Origin: Bacteroidales bacterium UBA1223
Lineage (GTDB): Bacteria; Bacteroidota; Bacteroidia; Bacteroidales; P3
DNA: 64,000 nt
Direction of reading: 5' to 3'
NCBI GenBank assembly: GCA_002309155.1
Contig: DBXB01000025.1
Coordinates: 19,589-83,588 of the forward strand
The notes below the pieces were generated by a model. The model did not search any database. It was not told the DNA's origin and saw only the letters and a list, made by a program, of their open reading frames with translations. Both the position numbers and the translations under genes were made by a program. This document shows, one piece after another, positions 1-9,449 of this stretch (the stretch's first letter is position 1; every line of letters starts with the position of its first letter).

Positions 1-58
1 TTAAATGTGACATGTATTTTGATGGGTAATAGATATATTTAACGAAACAACTATATTA

Positions 59-964
59 TTATTGTTTGACTTTGTTGTTTTGGAGAGCTATTATGATTAC
101 TGCGAGAAGGATGAATGCTATTCCTGCGAAGAGGTTGAGGGTGCAGGGCTCGCTGAAGATGAATATGCCGATAAGTACGGCGGTGAGGGGTTCGAGGGCT
201 CCCAATATGGCGGTGGGAGTCGATCCTATATATTTGGCTGCATATATCATCATTGTCAACGCCAGTATCGCGGGAACAACAGCAAGCCATAGTACATAGA
301 ACCAGCTTACGCCGTTGGAGGGCATCATTATCGACTCTCCTGCAAGTAGTCCGTATGCAAGATTGCCTAATGAGCAATAGATAAGGACGTAGAAGTTGAT
401 CTTAAATGACGACATATTGAGTTTGGCACGGTTCATGACGATGATATAGAGGGCGTAGGTGAGGGCTGATATCAGTACTAAAATGATACCTATAGTGGAG
501 AGAGTGGCACCATTGTCGCTCCAGTATAGAAGGAGGACTCCAAGAAAAGAGAGTACTATCGCCAGCACCGTCGACCATGAGGGTTTTTCATGGAAGAAGA
601 GTGCCATTATGATTGCGGTCATTACCGGGTAAACGAAAAGAATGGTCGACGCCACGCCTGCCGCCATCTTATGGAAGCTGAGGTAGAGTGTCAGAGACGA
701 GGCCACGAAAAGAAGTCCTAGGGAAGAGAGGGCTAAGAACTCTTTGAGGGTGACACGCAGGCTTTCTTTACGGAAGAACATGACCACGGCAATGATGATC
801 CATGCAAGCGAGAACCGCATCACCAGAACATTGCTTGTTGACATGCCCTGTTCGTACAGTTTCAACGCTCCCAATGGATTTGTTCCGTAGCATATTGCCG
901 CGCCGATGCCGCAGATTATACCGAATATTTTCTTGTTTCTTGTCATTAGTTGTTTGTCAATCAC
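59..964 (-). CDS. EamA/DMT-family membrane transporter
   Basis: 301-aa ORF, about 10 hydrophobic helices in two similar halves, typical of the EamA (drug/metabolite transporter) duplication. Confidence 0.75.
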   Translation of the reverse strand: MIDKQLMTRNKKIFGIICGIGAAICYGTNPLGALKLYEQGMSTSNVLVMRFSLAWIIIAVVMFFRKESLRVTLKEFLALSSLGLLFVASSLTLYLSFHKMAAGVASTILFVYPVMTAIIMALFFHEKPSWSTVLAIVLSFLGVLLLYWSDNGATLSTIGIILVLISALTYALYIIVMNRAKLNMSSFKINFYVLIYCSLGNLAYGLLAGESIMMPSNGVSWFYVLWLAVVPAILALTMMIYAAKYIGSTPTAILGALEPLTAVLIGIFIFSEPCTLNLFAGIAFILLAVIIIALQNNKVKQ

Positions 965-1000
965 TGCGATGTGCTATGCGATGTCACATTCGACAGAATG

Positions 1001-1008
1001 CAAAAGTA
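1001..1008 (-). promoter_or_regulatory. Bacteroidetes-type -7 box (TAnnTTTG) upstream of the EamA gene
   Basis: plus strand CAAAAGTA = minus strand TACTTTTG, about 37 nt upstream of the ATG at 964. Confidence 0.55.
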
Positions 1009-1012
1009 CAAA

Positions 1013-1054
1013 AAATTAAAAGAAAAGGATGCCTGTGCGGGGCATCCTTTTTTA
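1013..1054 (-). terminator. intrinsic terminator after ftsZ (bidirectional hairpin)
   Basis: AGGATGCC(1026-1033)/GGCATCCT(1041-1048) stem flanked by T-runs on both strands, directly downstream of the ftsZ stop. Confidence 0.7.
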
Positions 1055-1079
1055 TGAAGATTTCAAAGATGTATTTCGG

Positions 1080-2870
1080 TTAGTCAAATAGCTTGTCGAG
1101 GAATGAGACTTCCGTGCGGCGGGTTCCATCAGGGTTGATATGGGTGCGGGCTGCGTCGCTCTCGGCTGAATTCTCAGTATGGTAGACTTGTCTGTCAGTG
1201 AGTTGGTCAGCGGGCATCTCTTCGAGTTTTCTGCCACCGTCGGGGTCGGCATGGAGCATGTGGTTTATCTGTTTGATGCGCTCGGCACGTTCCTTGGTCT
1301 TGATGTCGTCGAGGTTGTCAGAGGTGAATGCTCCGCTGGTAAGGGATGTGGCGGGACGTTCCACGGTCTGGGTGAAGACGGTGGGCTCGGTTCTGACAGA
1401 AGAGTTAGACTCTGGAACATCGGGTGACATCATGGCCTCGGTGGGGGTGATGATAAAATCAGGAGTCTTGTTCTCTTCGTGGCGAGTCTGCTCAGCGATC
1501 TCGCGTGAGATGACACGGATGTCGTTGATATGACTGTTGTCAGAGGTGATCATGACGGGATCTTCGGCCTGTTGAGACATTTCGGACTCTTCGAGTTCAT
1601 CCTCTTCGATGGGGGCATCAAGTGACAGATACCTCTTGTCGCCGATGACTGTTGCGGGAAGAATGTTGAACGGGTCGCTGTTGTCGACGGGCTGTGGTTT
1701 CTCAGACTCAGCAGGGCTGTCAGTGACTTTATCCTCTACAGGTTTCTCAGGTATGGTAGGTTTTGTGTCAGTATCGATTGGTTTTGTGGTACTGTCGAGG
1801 GAGATTGTTCTAGGACCTGATTTTTTCACGAAGCCCGTTGCCACCAAAGTAATACGGAGTTCGTCGTCGAGAGTGTCGTCGTCGCCGTCGCCCCAGATAA
1901 TGTTGGTGTCGGGATCGCCGGTAAGTTTGGTGATGTAGTCGGTAACCTCTCCGAGCTCGTCCATGGTTATCTGATGGTTCTTGTTGTAGGAGAAGTAGAG
2001 CAACATCTGTTTTGTGCCACGAATGTCGTTGTCGTTCAAGAGTACGGAGGTCGTTGCCTCGACGATGGCGTCGTGAGCACGGTTCTCGCCCTTGCCGACA
2101 CCTGCGCCCATGAGTGCGGTACCGCTGTTCTCCATCACGGTATTGACATCGCGGAAGTCGACGTTTACGTGACCGGAGACGGTGATGATTTCTGCGATGC
2201 CCTTGGCTGCGGTGAGGAGGATATCGTCAGCACGGCTGAATGCCTCGTTAAGTGTGAGGTTTCCGTCTATCTCACGCAGTTTGTCATTGTTGATGACGAG
2301 GATGGCGTCGACGATTCCTTCAAGTTCCTTGATACCGGCTTCGGCTTGGCGTTTGCGGGTGCTTCCCTCAAAAGAGAAAGGCATTGTCACGATAGCGACA
2401 ACGAGGATGCGCGGTACGTCGACGTCGTTGAGTTCGATGTCCTTTGCTATTTTAGCAATGACAGGTGCGGCACCGGTTCCAGTTCCTCCACCCATACCAG
2501 CGGTGATGAATACCATCTGAGTGTTGTCGGAGAGAGCCGTTCTGATTTCCTCTTCATGTTCGAGGGCGGCTTTTTTTGCACGCTCAGGAATGTTGCCGGC
2601 TCCGAGTTTGCCGAGCTCGATTTTGTTGGGGACAGGACTTGCCGACAATGCCTTGGCATCGGTGTTGCAGACGATGAAATCCACGCCGTGGATGCCGTGG
2701 CGGAACATGTGGTTGACAGCGTTACCACCGCCACCGCCTACACCGATGACCTTGATTTTGGTAGGTTGTTCGGCTTTGCGTTCGAATTGAACTGAGGAGG
2801 AACCGGTGAGATACTCGTTGTTCATTACGTCCTGTTCGTCGTTATTAAAGGAAATTGTGCTATCTTCCAT
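1080..2870 (-). CDS. ftsZ: cell division protein FtsZ with long acidic disordered C-terminal linker
   Basis: tubulin signature 'GVGGGGGNAVNHM' and 'GMGGGTGTGAAPV'; last gene of the dcw cluster. Confidence 0.97.
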   Translation of the reverse strand: MEDSTISFNNDEQDVMNNEYLTGSSSVQFERKAEQPTKIKVIGVGGGGGNAVNHMFRHGIHGVDFIVCNTDAKALSASPVPNKIELGKLGAGNIPERAKKAALEHEEEIRTALSDNTQMVFITAGMGGGTGTGAAPVIAKIAKDIELNDVDVPRILVVAIVTMPFSFEGSTRKRQAEAGIKELEGIVDAILVINNDKLREIDGNLTLNEAFSRADDILLTAAKGIAEIITVSGHVNVDFRDVNTVMENSGTALMGAGVGKGENRAHDAIVEATTSVLLNDNDIRGTKQMLLYFSYNKNHQITMDELGEVTDYITKLTGDPDTNIIWGDGDDDTLDDELRITLVATGFVKKSGPRTISLDSTTKPIDTDTKPTIPEKPVEDKVTDSPAESEKPQPVDNSDPFNILPATVIGDKRYLSLDAPIEEDELEESEMSQQAEDPVMITSDNSHINDIRVISREIAEQTRHEENKTPDFIITPTEAMMSPDVPESNSSVRTEPTVFTQTVERPATSLTSGAFTSDNLDDIKTKERAERIKQINHMLHADPDGGRKLEEMPADQLTDRQVYHTENSAESDAARTHINPDGTRRTEVSFLDKLFD

Positions 2871-3026
2871 ATTACTTATTTCTATTCAGATGATTGATTA
2901 TGTGTTTTTTACTGGTAAGGGGTGGTGCTTGTAAACGTTTGTAAAATTACTGATTTCTATTCAGTTCTCCCGTTTTGCGAGATGCTTGTTTTCAACATAT
3001 TTATCAACTTTTTGTGAAGTCAAGAA

Positions 3027-4517
3027 TCAGATATCGCGTTGTTCTTGTCCTTCGTTGCTTATGTTGCTGTCGTTAAATACCTTGTTGAAATACTTCTCTA
3101 CTGTTTTGGAAATCATTTTTACGAATCCACCTCGTCTGCCCTCATCGGTACCTGGTGTGGTATTAGTGGTAGTGTCGGTGTGAGGTGTGTCTCTGTGTTC
3201 GGTTTCAGTTGTGGTAGTCTCTGTGATAGGAGGCAGGTCGTCGAAGACGTTGGAAGGTATTGTCTGTTCGGGTTCTTCTTCGTGCTTAGGTTCTTGACGG
3301 TTGCGATTTGGAGTGCCTGAGTCTGACATTTCCATCTCGTGACGGCGCTCTTCATCGAGTTCCATGAAGCCATAGATAACGAGACCGATACCTGTTGCGT
3401 ACATGGTGTTGATGATTTCAGGCTCGCTGTCAAGTGCAAGGTGTTCATTGGGGAGGCCTATACGGGTGTCAATCTTGGTATTGAACTCGGTGAGTTCCTT
3501 TATATGACGGAGCATTGCGCCACCACCGGTCAGCACGAGTCCTGCGATGAGTTTATCCTTCAGATGCGATTCCTTTATCTCGAAGTCAATCTGATCGATG
3601 ATGACCTGAGTACGTTCCTTGATTATCTCGGCCAGAGTACGCATGCTGATCTCTCGTGGAGGCTGGGTGCGCAGACCTGGGATAGAGATGATGTCATTTT
3701 CCTTGACATTCTGTGGCAGGCAAGATCCGAATCGTGTTTTAAGATTCTCAGCCTGGCTGCGCAGAATCTTGCAGTCTTCCTTGATGCTGTTGGTGATATA
3801 GTTACCTGCAACGGCGAGTACTGAGGTATGGCGGATGATGCCCTCGCTGAAGATAGCTATGTCAGTGGTGCCGCCACCGATGTCGACCAAAGCGACGCCT
3901 GCGTCTCTGTCGGCCTGATCAAGTACGGCGCATGCTGAGGCGATAGGCTCCAACACCACGTTCTTTATCGTGAGACCGGCACGCTCGACGCTGTCATAAA
4001 TGTTGAGCAAGTTCATCGTGTTGCCGGTGACGATATGGAATGATGATTTAAGTTGCTTGCCAGCTACACCTACGGGACGTACGTCGACACCCAGTTCCTC
4101 TCCATCAACCACGAAGTTCTGGGGGAAGATATGGATGATGTCCTCGCCGGGGTTGAGGTTGATGTTGTGTTGTTCGTCGATAAGACGGTCGACGTCCTCC
4201 TGCAGGATATACTTGTGATCAGGGGGAATCATCACCGTACCCATGGTCTCGATGCTCTTGATGTGCTGTCCGGCTATTCCGACATAGACCTCTTTAACTT
4301 CGATGCCAGCCTGCTCTTGAGCCATCTCGACTGCCGTGGTGATTGATTTGGCGGTGTCTTTGATGTTTTTCACCACACCGCGTTCGACACCTTTTGATTC
4401 GGTTTTGCCGAATCCGATAATCTTGATTTTGCCATCCTCGTTACGCTTTCCGATGAAGCAAGCGATTTTGGTGGTGCCGATGTCAAGACCTACAATAGTT
4501 TCATTTCCGATGTTCAT
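3027..4517 (-). CDS. ftsA: cell division protein FtsA
   Basis: actin-fold phosphate loops 'VGLDIGTTKIA' and 'VDIGGGTTDIA'; sits between ftsQ and ftsZ; Thr-rich C-terminal tail. Confidence 0.95.
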   Translation of the reverse strand: MNIGNETIVGLDIGTTKIACFIGKRNEDGKIKIIGFGKTESKGVERGVVKNIKDTAKSITTAVEMAQEQAGIEVKEVYVGIAGQHIKSIETMGTVMIPPDHKYILQEDVDRLIDEQHNINLNPGEDIIHIFPQNFVVDGEELGVDVRPVGVAGKQLKSSFHIVTGNTMNLLNIYDSVERAGLTIKNVVLEPIASACAVLDQADRDAGVALVDIGGGTTDIAIFSEGIIRHTSVLAVAGNYITNSIKEDCKILRSQAENLKTRFGSCLPQNVKENDIISIPGLRTQPPREISMRTLAEIIKERTQVIIDQIDFEIKESHLKDKLIAGLVLTGGGAMLRHIKELTEFNTKIDTRIGLPNEHLALDSEPEIINTMYATGIGLVIYGFMELDEERRHEMEMSDSGTPNRNRQEPKHEEEPEQTIPSNVFDDLPPITETTTTETEHRDTPHTDTTTNTTPGTDEGRRGGFVKMISKTVEKYFNKVFNDSNISNEGQEQRDI

Positions 4518-4566
4518 GATGATATATGTTTTAAATTTAATTACTCAAGTTTCGTGGGCTAAATTT

Positions 4567-4696
4567 GGAGTTAAGGGGAGTTGCTCACTGTATTTATTTA
4601 ATTTTTTATGGTGTTCGCAGCCTTCGGCAAAGGGGAGTTAAGGGACAATAGCACCGGATGGCCCATTTGTTTTACTTTGTTTTTTAGTCGTTACTT
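4567..4696. repeat. intergenic element copy A (GGAGTTAAG 9-mers plus ~65-nt conserved core)
   Basis: AGGGGAGTTAAGGGACAATAGCACCGGATGGCCCATTTGT...TTTACT..TTTTTAGTCGTTACT at 4631-4696; near-identical copy at 10101-10143 plus 10177-10203. Confidence 0.85.
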
Positions 4697-4727
4697 TCTT
4701 TATTTTTTTTAGTCGTTACTAAATATA

Positions 4728-5504
4728 TTATTTCCTAGAGCAGACTACTTGATTGTTGAATTTCAAGTTTATTGTTGAGTAGGTGTCCCAACCCACTTGG
4801 TTTATGCCTTGGTCGAGAAATGCCCACATATTCTCAAATTTTTTGTCGAGTTGACTGGTGTCTCCGACGATGACTGTGAGGTTGCCCAGTTTGGGGACAA
4901 GGAATAAATCGCCTTTGTCTTCCACACTTATCTGATCGAAGATATCACCATACTGGGGGTTGTCGTAGAGGAAAGAGGCGAGAGTCCAAATCTTGCGTAG
5001 CGTGAATGGTTGTTTGTGCAGAGAGGTGTCGGACAGATTTAGTAGATGAATGTTCCTGCAGTGAGGTTCCTCAAAACCGCAGCTGCCTACGATGACATGG
5101 CTGTAATGCGACGCTGTCAGAGGCATATAAGTTCCCTGACGGGATATATAAAACTCGTTGTCCTGATAGAACATCCTCACCACAGGGTCTCTCAAAGTGA
5201 CAGAAACCTGGAGTTTCCCTCCCATCGACATATGGGCTTTGGCTGTCAGCACGTAAGGGTTTCCGCTCAATAACTCAACGATGCCTTTAGTGTCAACTTC
5301 TTTGATGTCGGTCTGTTCCAATCCGGGGTAGTGTCCGAGTATAAGATTCTCAATCTCCCCGTCGTCCAGGAGGTTGTTCTTACAGCCGTCGCTGATGGAA
5401 ATCTCAATGCCTCTCATTGTCGAGTTCCGGCGCACGATATGGAAGGTGACAACTATGGCTGTCAGCAGGACTGTGATGATGATATTTCTGACAAAGGGTT
5501 TCAA
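4728..5504 (-). CDS. ftsQ: cell division protein FtsQ-like (single N-terminal TM, POTRA-type periplasmic part)
   Basis: 258 aa, N-terminal TM 'IIITVLLTAIVVTF', position between murC and ftsA in the dcw cluster. Confidence 0.75.
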   Translation of the reverse strand: MKPFVRNIIITVLLTAIVVTFHIVRRNSTMRGIEISISDGCKNNLLDDGEIENLILGHYPGLEQTDIKEVDTKGIVELLSGNPYVLTAKAHMSMGGKLQVSVTLRDPVVRMFYQDNEFYISRQGTYMPLTASHYSHVIVGSCGFEEPHCRNIHLLNLSDTSLHKQPFTLRKIWTLASFLYDNPQYGDIFDQISVEDKGDLFLVPKLGNLTVIVGDTSQLDKKFENMWAFLDQGINQVGWDTYSTINLKFNNQVVCSRK

Positions 5505-5510
5505 CTCTTT

Positions 5511-5590
5511 TGAAAAGGTTTAAAGGGTTTAAAAGGTTTAAAGGGTTTAAAGGGTTTGAAAGGTTTGAAGGATTTAAAGGGTTTGAAAGA
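5511..5590. repeat. tandem array of about 12-13-bp GGTTTAAAGGG units (TTTAAA palindromes)
   Basis: aaaaggtttaaagggtttaaaaggtttaaagggtttaaagggtttgaaaggtttgaaggatttaaagggtttgaaag between murC stop and ftsQ start. Confidence 0.9.
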
Positions 5591-5636
5591 GGTGTTTTTC
5601 AGTTAGTTACCTTTGTAAATCGTTATACTTTTTAAA

Positions 5637-7067
5637 TTATTGCTTAAGTCTGTTCTCCAGTACCGGCACAAGTCTGTCGATGTCGCCGGCACCCATTGTG
5701 AGTACAACGTCAGGGTATAGTGCTTCGACGAGATCCCCGACCTCTTCGGGACTGCAGAGATATTTGTTCATGGTGTCGATTTTCCTTAGAATCATACCCG
5801 ATGAAACTCCGGGAATGGGTTTCTCGCGGGCAGGGTAGAGCGGAATCAGGATGATTTCGTCGAGGGGTGCCAGTGCCTCCGCGAATTGGTCGGCGAGGTC
5901 TCTCGTGCGACTGTAGAGGTGCGGTTGGAAGATACCCACTATTCTTTTACCGGGGTAGAGGTATTTCACAGATTCGATTGTTGCGGAAATCTCCCGTGGG
6001 TGATGAGCGTAGTCGTCGATATAGACAATGTCTTTCTGCTTGACACGGAAATCGAAGCGTCGACGGATGCCGGCGAAAGTCCGCAGTCCGTTGCGCAGTT
6101 GGTACTCGTCGACACCACAGAGCAACGAAATCGCCGAGGCTGCTACGGCGTTCTCGACATTATAGAGGCAGGACGACTGTAGCTCCATGTCGAACAGGAC
6201 TTTCTGTGGGGTGCGCAAATCGAAGTATATGTTTCCGTTATAGTTGCGGACATTGATGGCGTAGTAGTCTGGCTCGATGGAACGTGCTGAGTAAGTCAAT
6301 ACATTATGCTCTTCTGAGATATGGAGCTCACGTGGAGAGTATTCTGATGTCGACGTGTGGTTGTCAATCTCGTGCGAATGGTGGGAGTAGTGTTCATGCT
6401 CATGTTCGTGATGGTGTCCCACAACGCCTTCTTTGACTATTATGGCACCTTCGGGCATGGTCTGGTTGGCGAACTGTTCAAATGCCTGCAGGAGGTTCTC
6501 ATGAGTCCCGTAAATGTCCAGATGGTCAGGGTCTGTAGCTGTTATGACGCTGTAGAGAGGGTGCAGTTGGAGGAAGGAACGGTCGTATTCGTCGGCTTCG
6601 ACAACTATGTATTCGCTTTTGTCGTTTACCAGTAGATTGCTGTCCAGGTTTTTCGAGATGCCACCAAGGAATGCCGAACAACCCACACCGCTTTTGTCAA
6701 GGATGTGTGCGATCATGGCGGTGGTTGTGGTCTTACCGTGACTGCCTGCGACAGCTATGCATTTCTTGCCCTTGGTCAGTTCTCCCAGCACTTGTGAACG
6801 TTTTTTGAAGGGTATGTTCTTGTTTTGAAGGAATATAAACTCTTTTGTGTCTTGAGGTACTGCGGGAGTATAAATCACTAGGTCGATATCGTCGGGTATA
6901 AGAGAGGGGTCGTCAGTGTAATGTATAGCCATGCCCTCGCTCTCCAACTGTTTGGTGAGGGGGGACTCGGTACGGTCATATCCGCTTACGATATGTCCGC
7001 ACTGCTTGAAGTAGCGTGCCAGAGCACTCATTCCGATGCCACCGATGCCTAGAAAATAGTAATTCAT
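5637..7067 (-). CDS. murC: UDP-N-acetylmuramate--L-alanine ligase MurC (with His-rich insertion)
   Basis: 'FLGIGGIGMSALA' Rossmann start, Mur ligase P-loop 'AGSHGKTTTTAM'; dcw position. Confidence 0.95.
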   Translation of the reverse strand: MNYYFLGIGGIGMSALARYFKQCGHIVSGYDRTESPLTKQLESEGMAIHYTDDPSLIPDDIDLVIYTPAVPQDTKEFIFLQNKNIPFKKRSQVLGELTKGKKCIAVAGSHGKTTTTAMIAHILDKSGVGCSAFLGGISKNLDSNLLVNDKSEYIVVEADEYDRSFLQLHPLYSVITATDPDHLDIYGTHENLLQAFEQFANQTMPEGAIIVKEGVVGHHHEHEHEHYSHHSHEIDNHTSTSEYSPRELHISEEHNVLTYSARSIEPDYYAINVRNYNGNIYFDLRTPQKVLFDMELQSSCLYNVENAVAASAISLLCGVDEYQLRNGLRTFAGIRRRFDFRVKQKDIVYIDDYAHHPREISATIESVKYLYPGKRIVGIFQPHLYSRTRDLADQFAEALAPLDEIILIPLYPAREKPIPGVSSGMILRKIDTMNKYLCSPEEVGDLVEALYPDVVLTMGAGDIDRLVPVLENRLKQ

Positions 7068-7069
7068 GA

Positions 7070-8182
7070 TTAATTCTGTTGTTCTTTTATGTTAAGGAGC
7101 TTCTCGATTTCATCGACTATACGGTCTGCCGCCTGTGGACGTCCCATCTGTCGTATGCTGTTGCTCATCTGTCTCTGTGCTGTGGGGTTGTCGACGAGAT
7201 CGATTACCGTCTGGACACCTGTGGCGTAGCATTCGTCGTCGCGGACCATGACCGCTGCACCTTTGCTTACGAGAGCCATTGCATTTTTTGTCTGGTGATC
7301 TTCGGCCACGTTGGGTGAAGGTATGAGAATGGTGGGTTTGCCAACGATGCAGAGCTCAGATATTGCTATAGCGCCGGCACGAGAGATGACCAGGTCGGCG
7401 GCGGCGTAAGCCTTTTCCATGTTGCTGATGAATTTGTGGACTTTGACCCACTCTTCCAGACCTTCTCTCTCCACACGGCGGACAGCGTCGTCGTACATCC
7501 ACTTACCCGTCTGCCAGATTAGTTGTATGTTGTTCTCCCTGAAGAGCGACATGTGGTCAAGAATCATCATATTGATGGATTTGGCGCCGAGACTGCCACC
7601 CACGGAGAGCACAGTGTGACGGTTGCCATTGAGTCCGAAAAAGTCCAGACCCTCGCTCTTGCTCACGGTGCTTTGCTCTATGACTTCTCTGACAGGGTTG
7701 CCGGTGATTACTATCTTATCTGCGGGGAAATATTTCTCCAGACCTTCGTAAGCCACGCAGATGCATTTTGCGTTCTTGGCGAGAATCTTGTTGGTGAGGC
7801 CGGGAAATGAATTCTGCTCTTGGAGCATGGTGGGGAACCCCATTTGGGCAGCCTTCTTCAGGGTGGGGGCACTGGCATATCCACCGACACCAATGACAAT
7901 GTCAGGATTAAAGTCGCGCAAGATTTTCTTGACCTTGTGCTGACTCTTCAGGATTTTAAAGGGCAGGAGCAGATTTTTGGGCGATAAGTTGCGCTGTAGT
8001 CCAGCGATGGGCAGAGATTCGATTTTGTATCCGGCCGCAGGTACTTTCTCCATTTCCATACGTCCCTCAGCCCCAATAAAGAGGATTTCAGCCTCGGGGT
8101 AACGAGACTGTATGGCATTGGCTATCGCAATGGCCGGGAATATGTGTCCACCTGTTCCTCCTCCGCTGATTATTGCTTTCAT
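7070..8182 (-). CDS. murG: undecaprenyldiphospho-muramoylpentapeptide beta-N-acetylglucosaminyltransferase MurG
   Basis: N-terminal 'ISGGGTGGHIFPAIA' motif; dcw position. Confidence 0.95.
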   Translation of the reverse strand: MKAIISGGGTGGHIFPAIAIANAIQSRYPEAEILFIGAEGRMEMEKVPAAGYKIESLPIAGLQRNLSPKNLLLPFKILKSQHKVKKILRDFNPDIVIGVGGYASAPTLKKAAQMGFPTMLQEQNSFPGLTNKILAKNAKCICVAYEGLEKYFPADKIVITGNPVREVIEQSTVSKSEGLDFFGLNGNRHTVLSVGGSLGAKSINMMILDHMSLFRENNIQLIWQTGKWMYDDAVRRVEREGLEEWVKVHKFISNMEKAYAAADLVISRAGAIAISELCIVGKPTILIPSPNVAEDHQTKNAMALVSKGAAVMVRDDECYATGVQTVIDLVDNPTAQRQMSNSIRQMGRPQAADRIVDEIEKLLNIKEQQN

Positions 8183-8225
8183 TAGTAATGGTTTAATGTT
8201 GTTAAAGAGTTAAAATGGTGATGGT

Positions 8226-9446
8226 TTATATGCCAAGATTATTTTCAGGTTGTTGGGGGACCTCGTTGTTCTTTGTGTTTTTGTTGACATCATACGCTAC
8301 GGACTGAATGACTCCGAGGGCGAGTCCCATGCAGAGGTATGCCGATCCTCCAGAACTGATGAATGGCAGGTTCTGACCGGTGACGGGGAACGCACCTACA
8401 GAAACTCCCATGTGGATGGCGGCTTGCACAAAAATCAGTGTCCCGAGTCCGACAACCGACATTCTGCCGAAGTCGCCACGACAGCTCCATGCTATCTTGA
8501 GACATCTGATATATAGATAAATATAGAGAATTAGCACGATTAGGGCACCGGCAATTCCCGATTCCTCGACTATGATACAGTATATCATGTCGTTGTTGGC
8601 CTGGGTCATCAGACGTGCCTGAACAGTTGAGCCCACACCTACTCCGACGTATCTTCCTGTAGCCACAGCCATCCGCATCATATCCTCTTGTGTGACCTTA
8701 GTCTCGTCATATTCTTTTTCATCGCCGTTAACCCATTTCTCAACACGACTCTCCCAAGTGCCGAAACGGGCGAACATACGTATATTTGTGGTACTTCCGA
8801 TGATAATAAATATTACTCCGAGTCCTATTATTCCCAATATCGTCTTTCTCCAATAACTCACCTTCATCGGCGAGAGACGTAACATGGCGAAGCAGACGAA
8901 GAAGATAATCAGAGTGGTCGACATATTGTCGGCAATGATAAGAAACAATACCAGGAATATCGGAATTAGGATTTTGATGAATACTGTCCGCCCGTCGTCG
9001 AGATGATCCCGTTCACGGGCTAGCAGGCGGGCGAGATAGACGACCATCACCACCTTGGCAAGTTCTGAGGGCTGGAACTGATGAATGACGGGTAGTTTAA
9101 GCCATCTGCTCATGCCGGAACCCGCTTCGTTCTCCTGTCCTACGAATAGTACGATGACCAGCAGCACGACGGTTATGATGTATCCAAACCATGAGGCGGT
9201 GGAATATTTACGATAGTCGAAGTTGGACATAAGAATAACAACCACAAAGGTGGCGAGGACCGACGCCAGATGTCGTATAAACACCATCAGAGGCGCCCTG
9301 CCTGTGGAAGCCGCCATATAGCCGATAGAGCTGTACACCGAGATGAGCGAGATGATTGCCAGGATGGTGAAGATCACCCAGATGGCGCGGTCGCCCTTGA
9401 ACGGGTTGAGCAGTTTGCTTGTGATATTGCTATTCTTCAGAGACAT
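8226..9446 (-). CDS. ftsW: SEDS-family lipid II flippase / peptidoglycan polymerase FtsW
   Basis: 406 aa polytopic membrane protein of FtsW/RodA type located between the murD slot and murG. Confidence 0.88.
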   Translation of the reverse strand: MSLKNSNITSKLLNPFKGDRAIWVIFTILAIISLISVYSSIGYMAASTGRAPLMVFIRHLASVLATFVVVILMSNFDYRKYSTASWFGYIITVVLLVIVLFVGQENEAGSGMSRWLKLPVIHQFQPSELAKVVMVVYLARLLARERDHLDDGRTVFIKILIPIFLVLFLIIADNMSTTLIIFFVCFAMLRLSPMKVSYWRKTILGIIGLGVIFIIIGSTTNIRMFARFGTWESRVEKWVNGDEKEYDETKVTQEDMMRMAVATGRYVGVGVGSTVQARLMTQANNDMIYCIIVEESGIAGALIVLILYIYLYIRCLKIAWSCRGDFGRMSVVGLGTLIFVQAAIHMGVSVGAFPVTGQNLPFISSGGSAYLCMGLALGVIQSVAYDVNKNTKNNEVPQQPENNLGI

Positions 9447-9449
9447 TGT

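Noticed and set aside
1974-2795. 273-aa plus-strand ORF
   Set aside because: It lies entirely antisense to ftsZ, whose identity is unambiguous. It has a Val/Asp/Gly-rich low-complexity translation typical of a shadow ORF.
5511-5590. Possible CRISPR array, given the short tandem repeats
   Set aside because: The units are 12-13 bp and directly abutting, with no unique spacers. No cas genes or leader are present, so it is a simple tandem or palindrome array.
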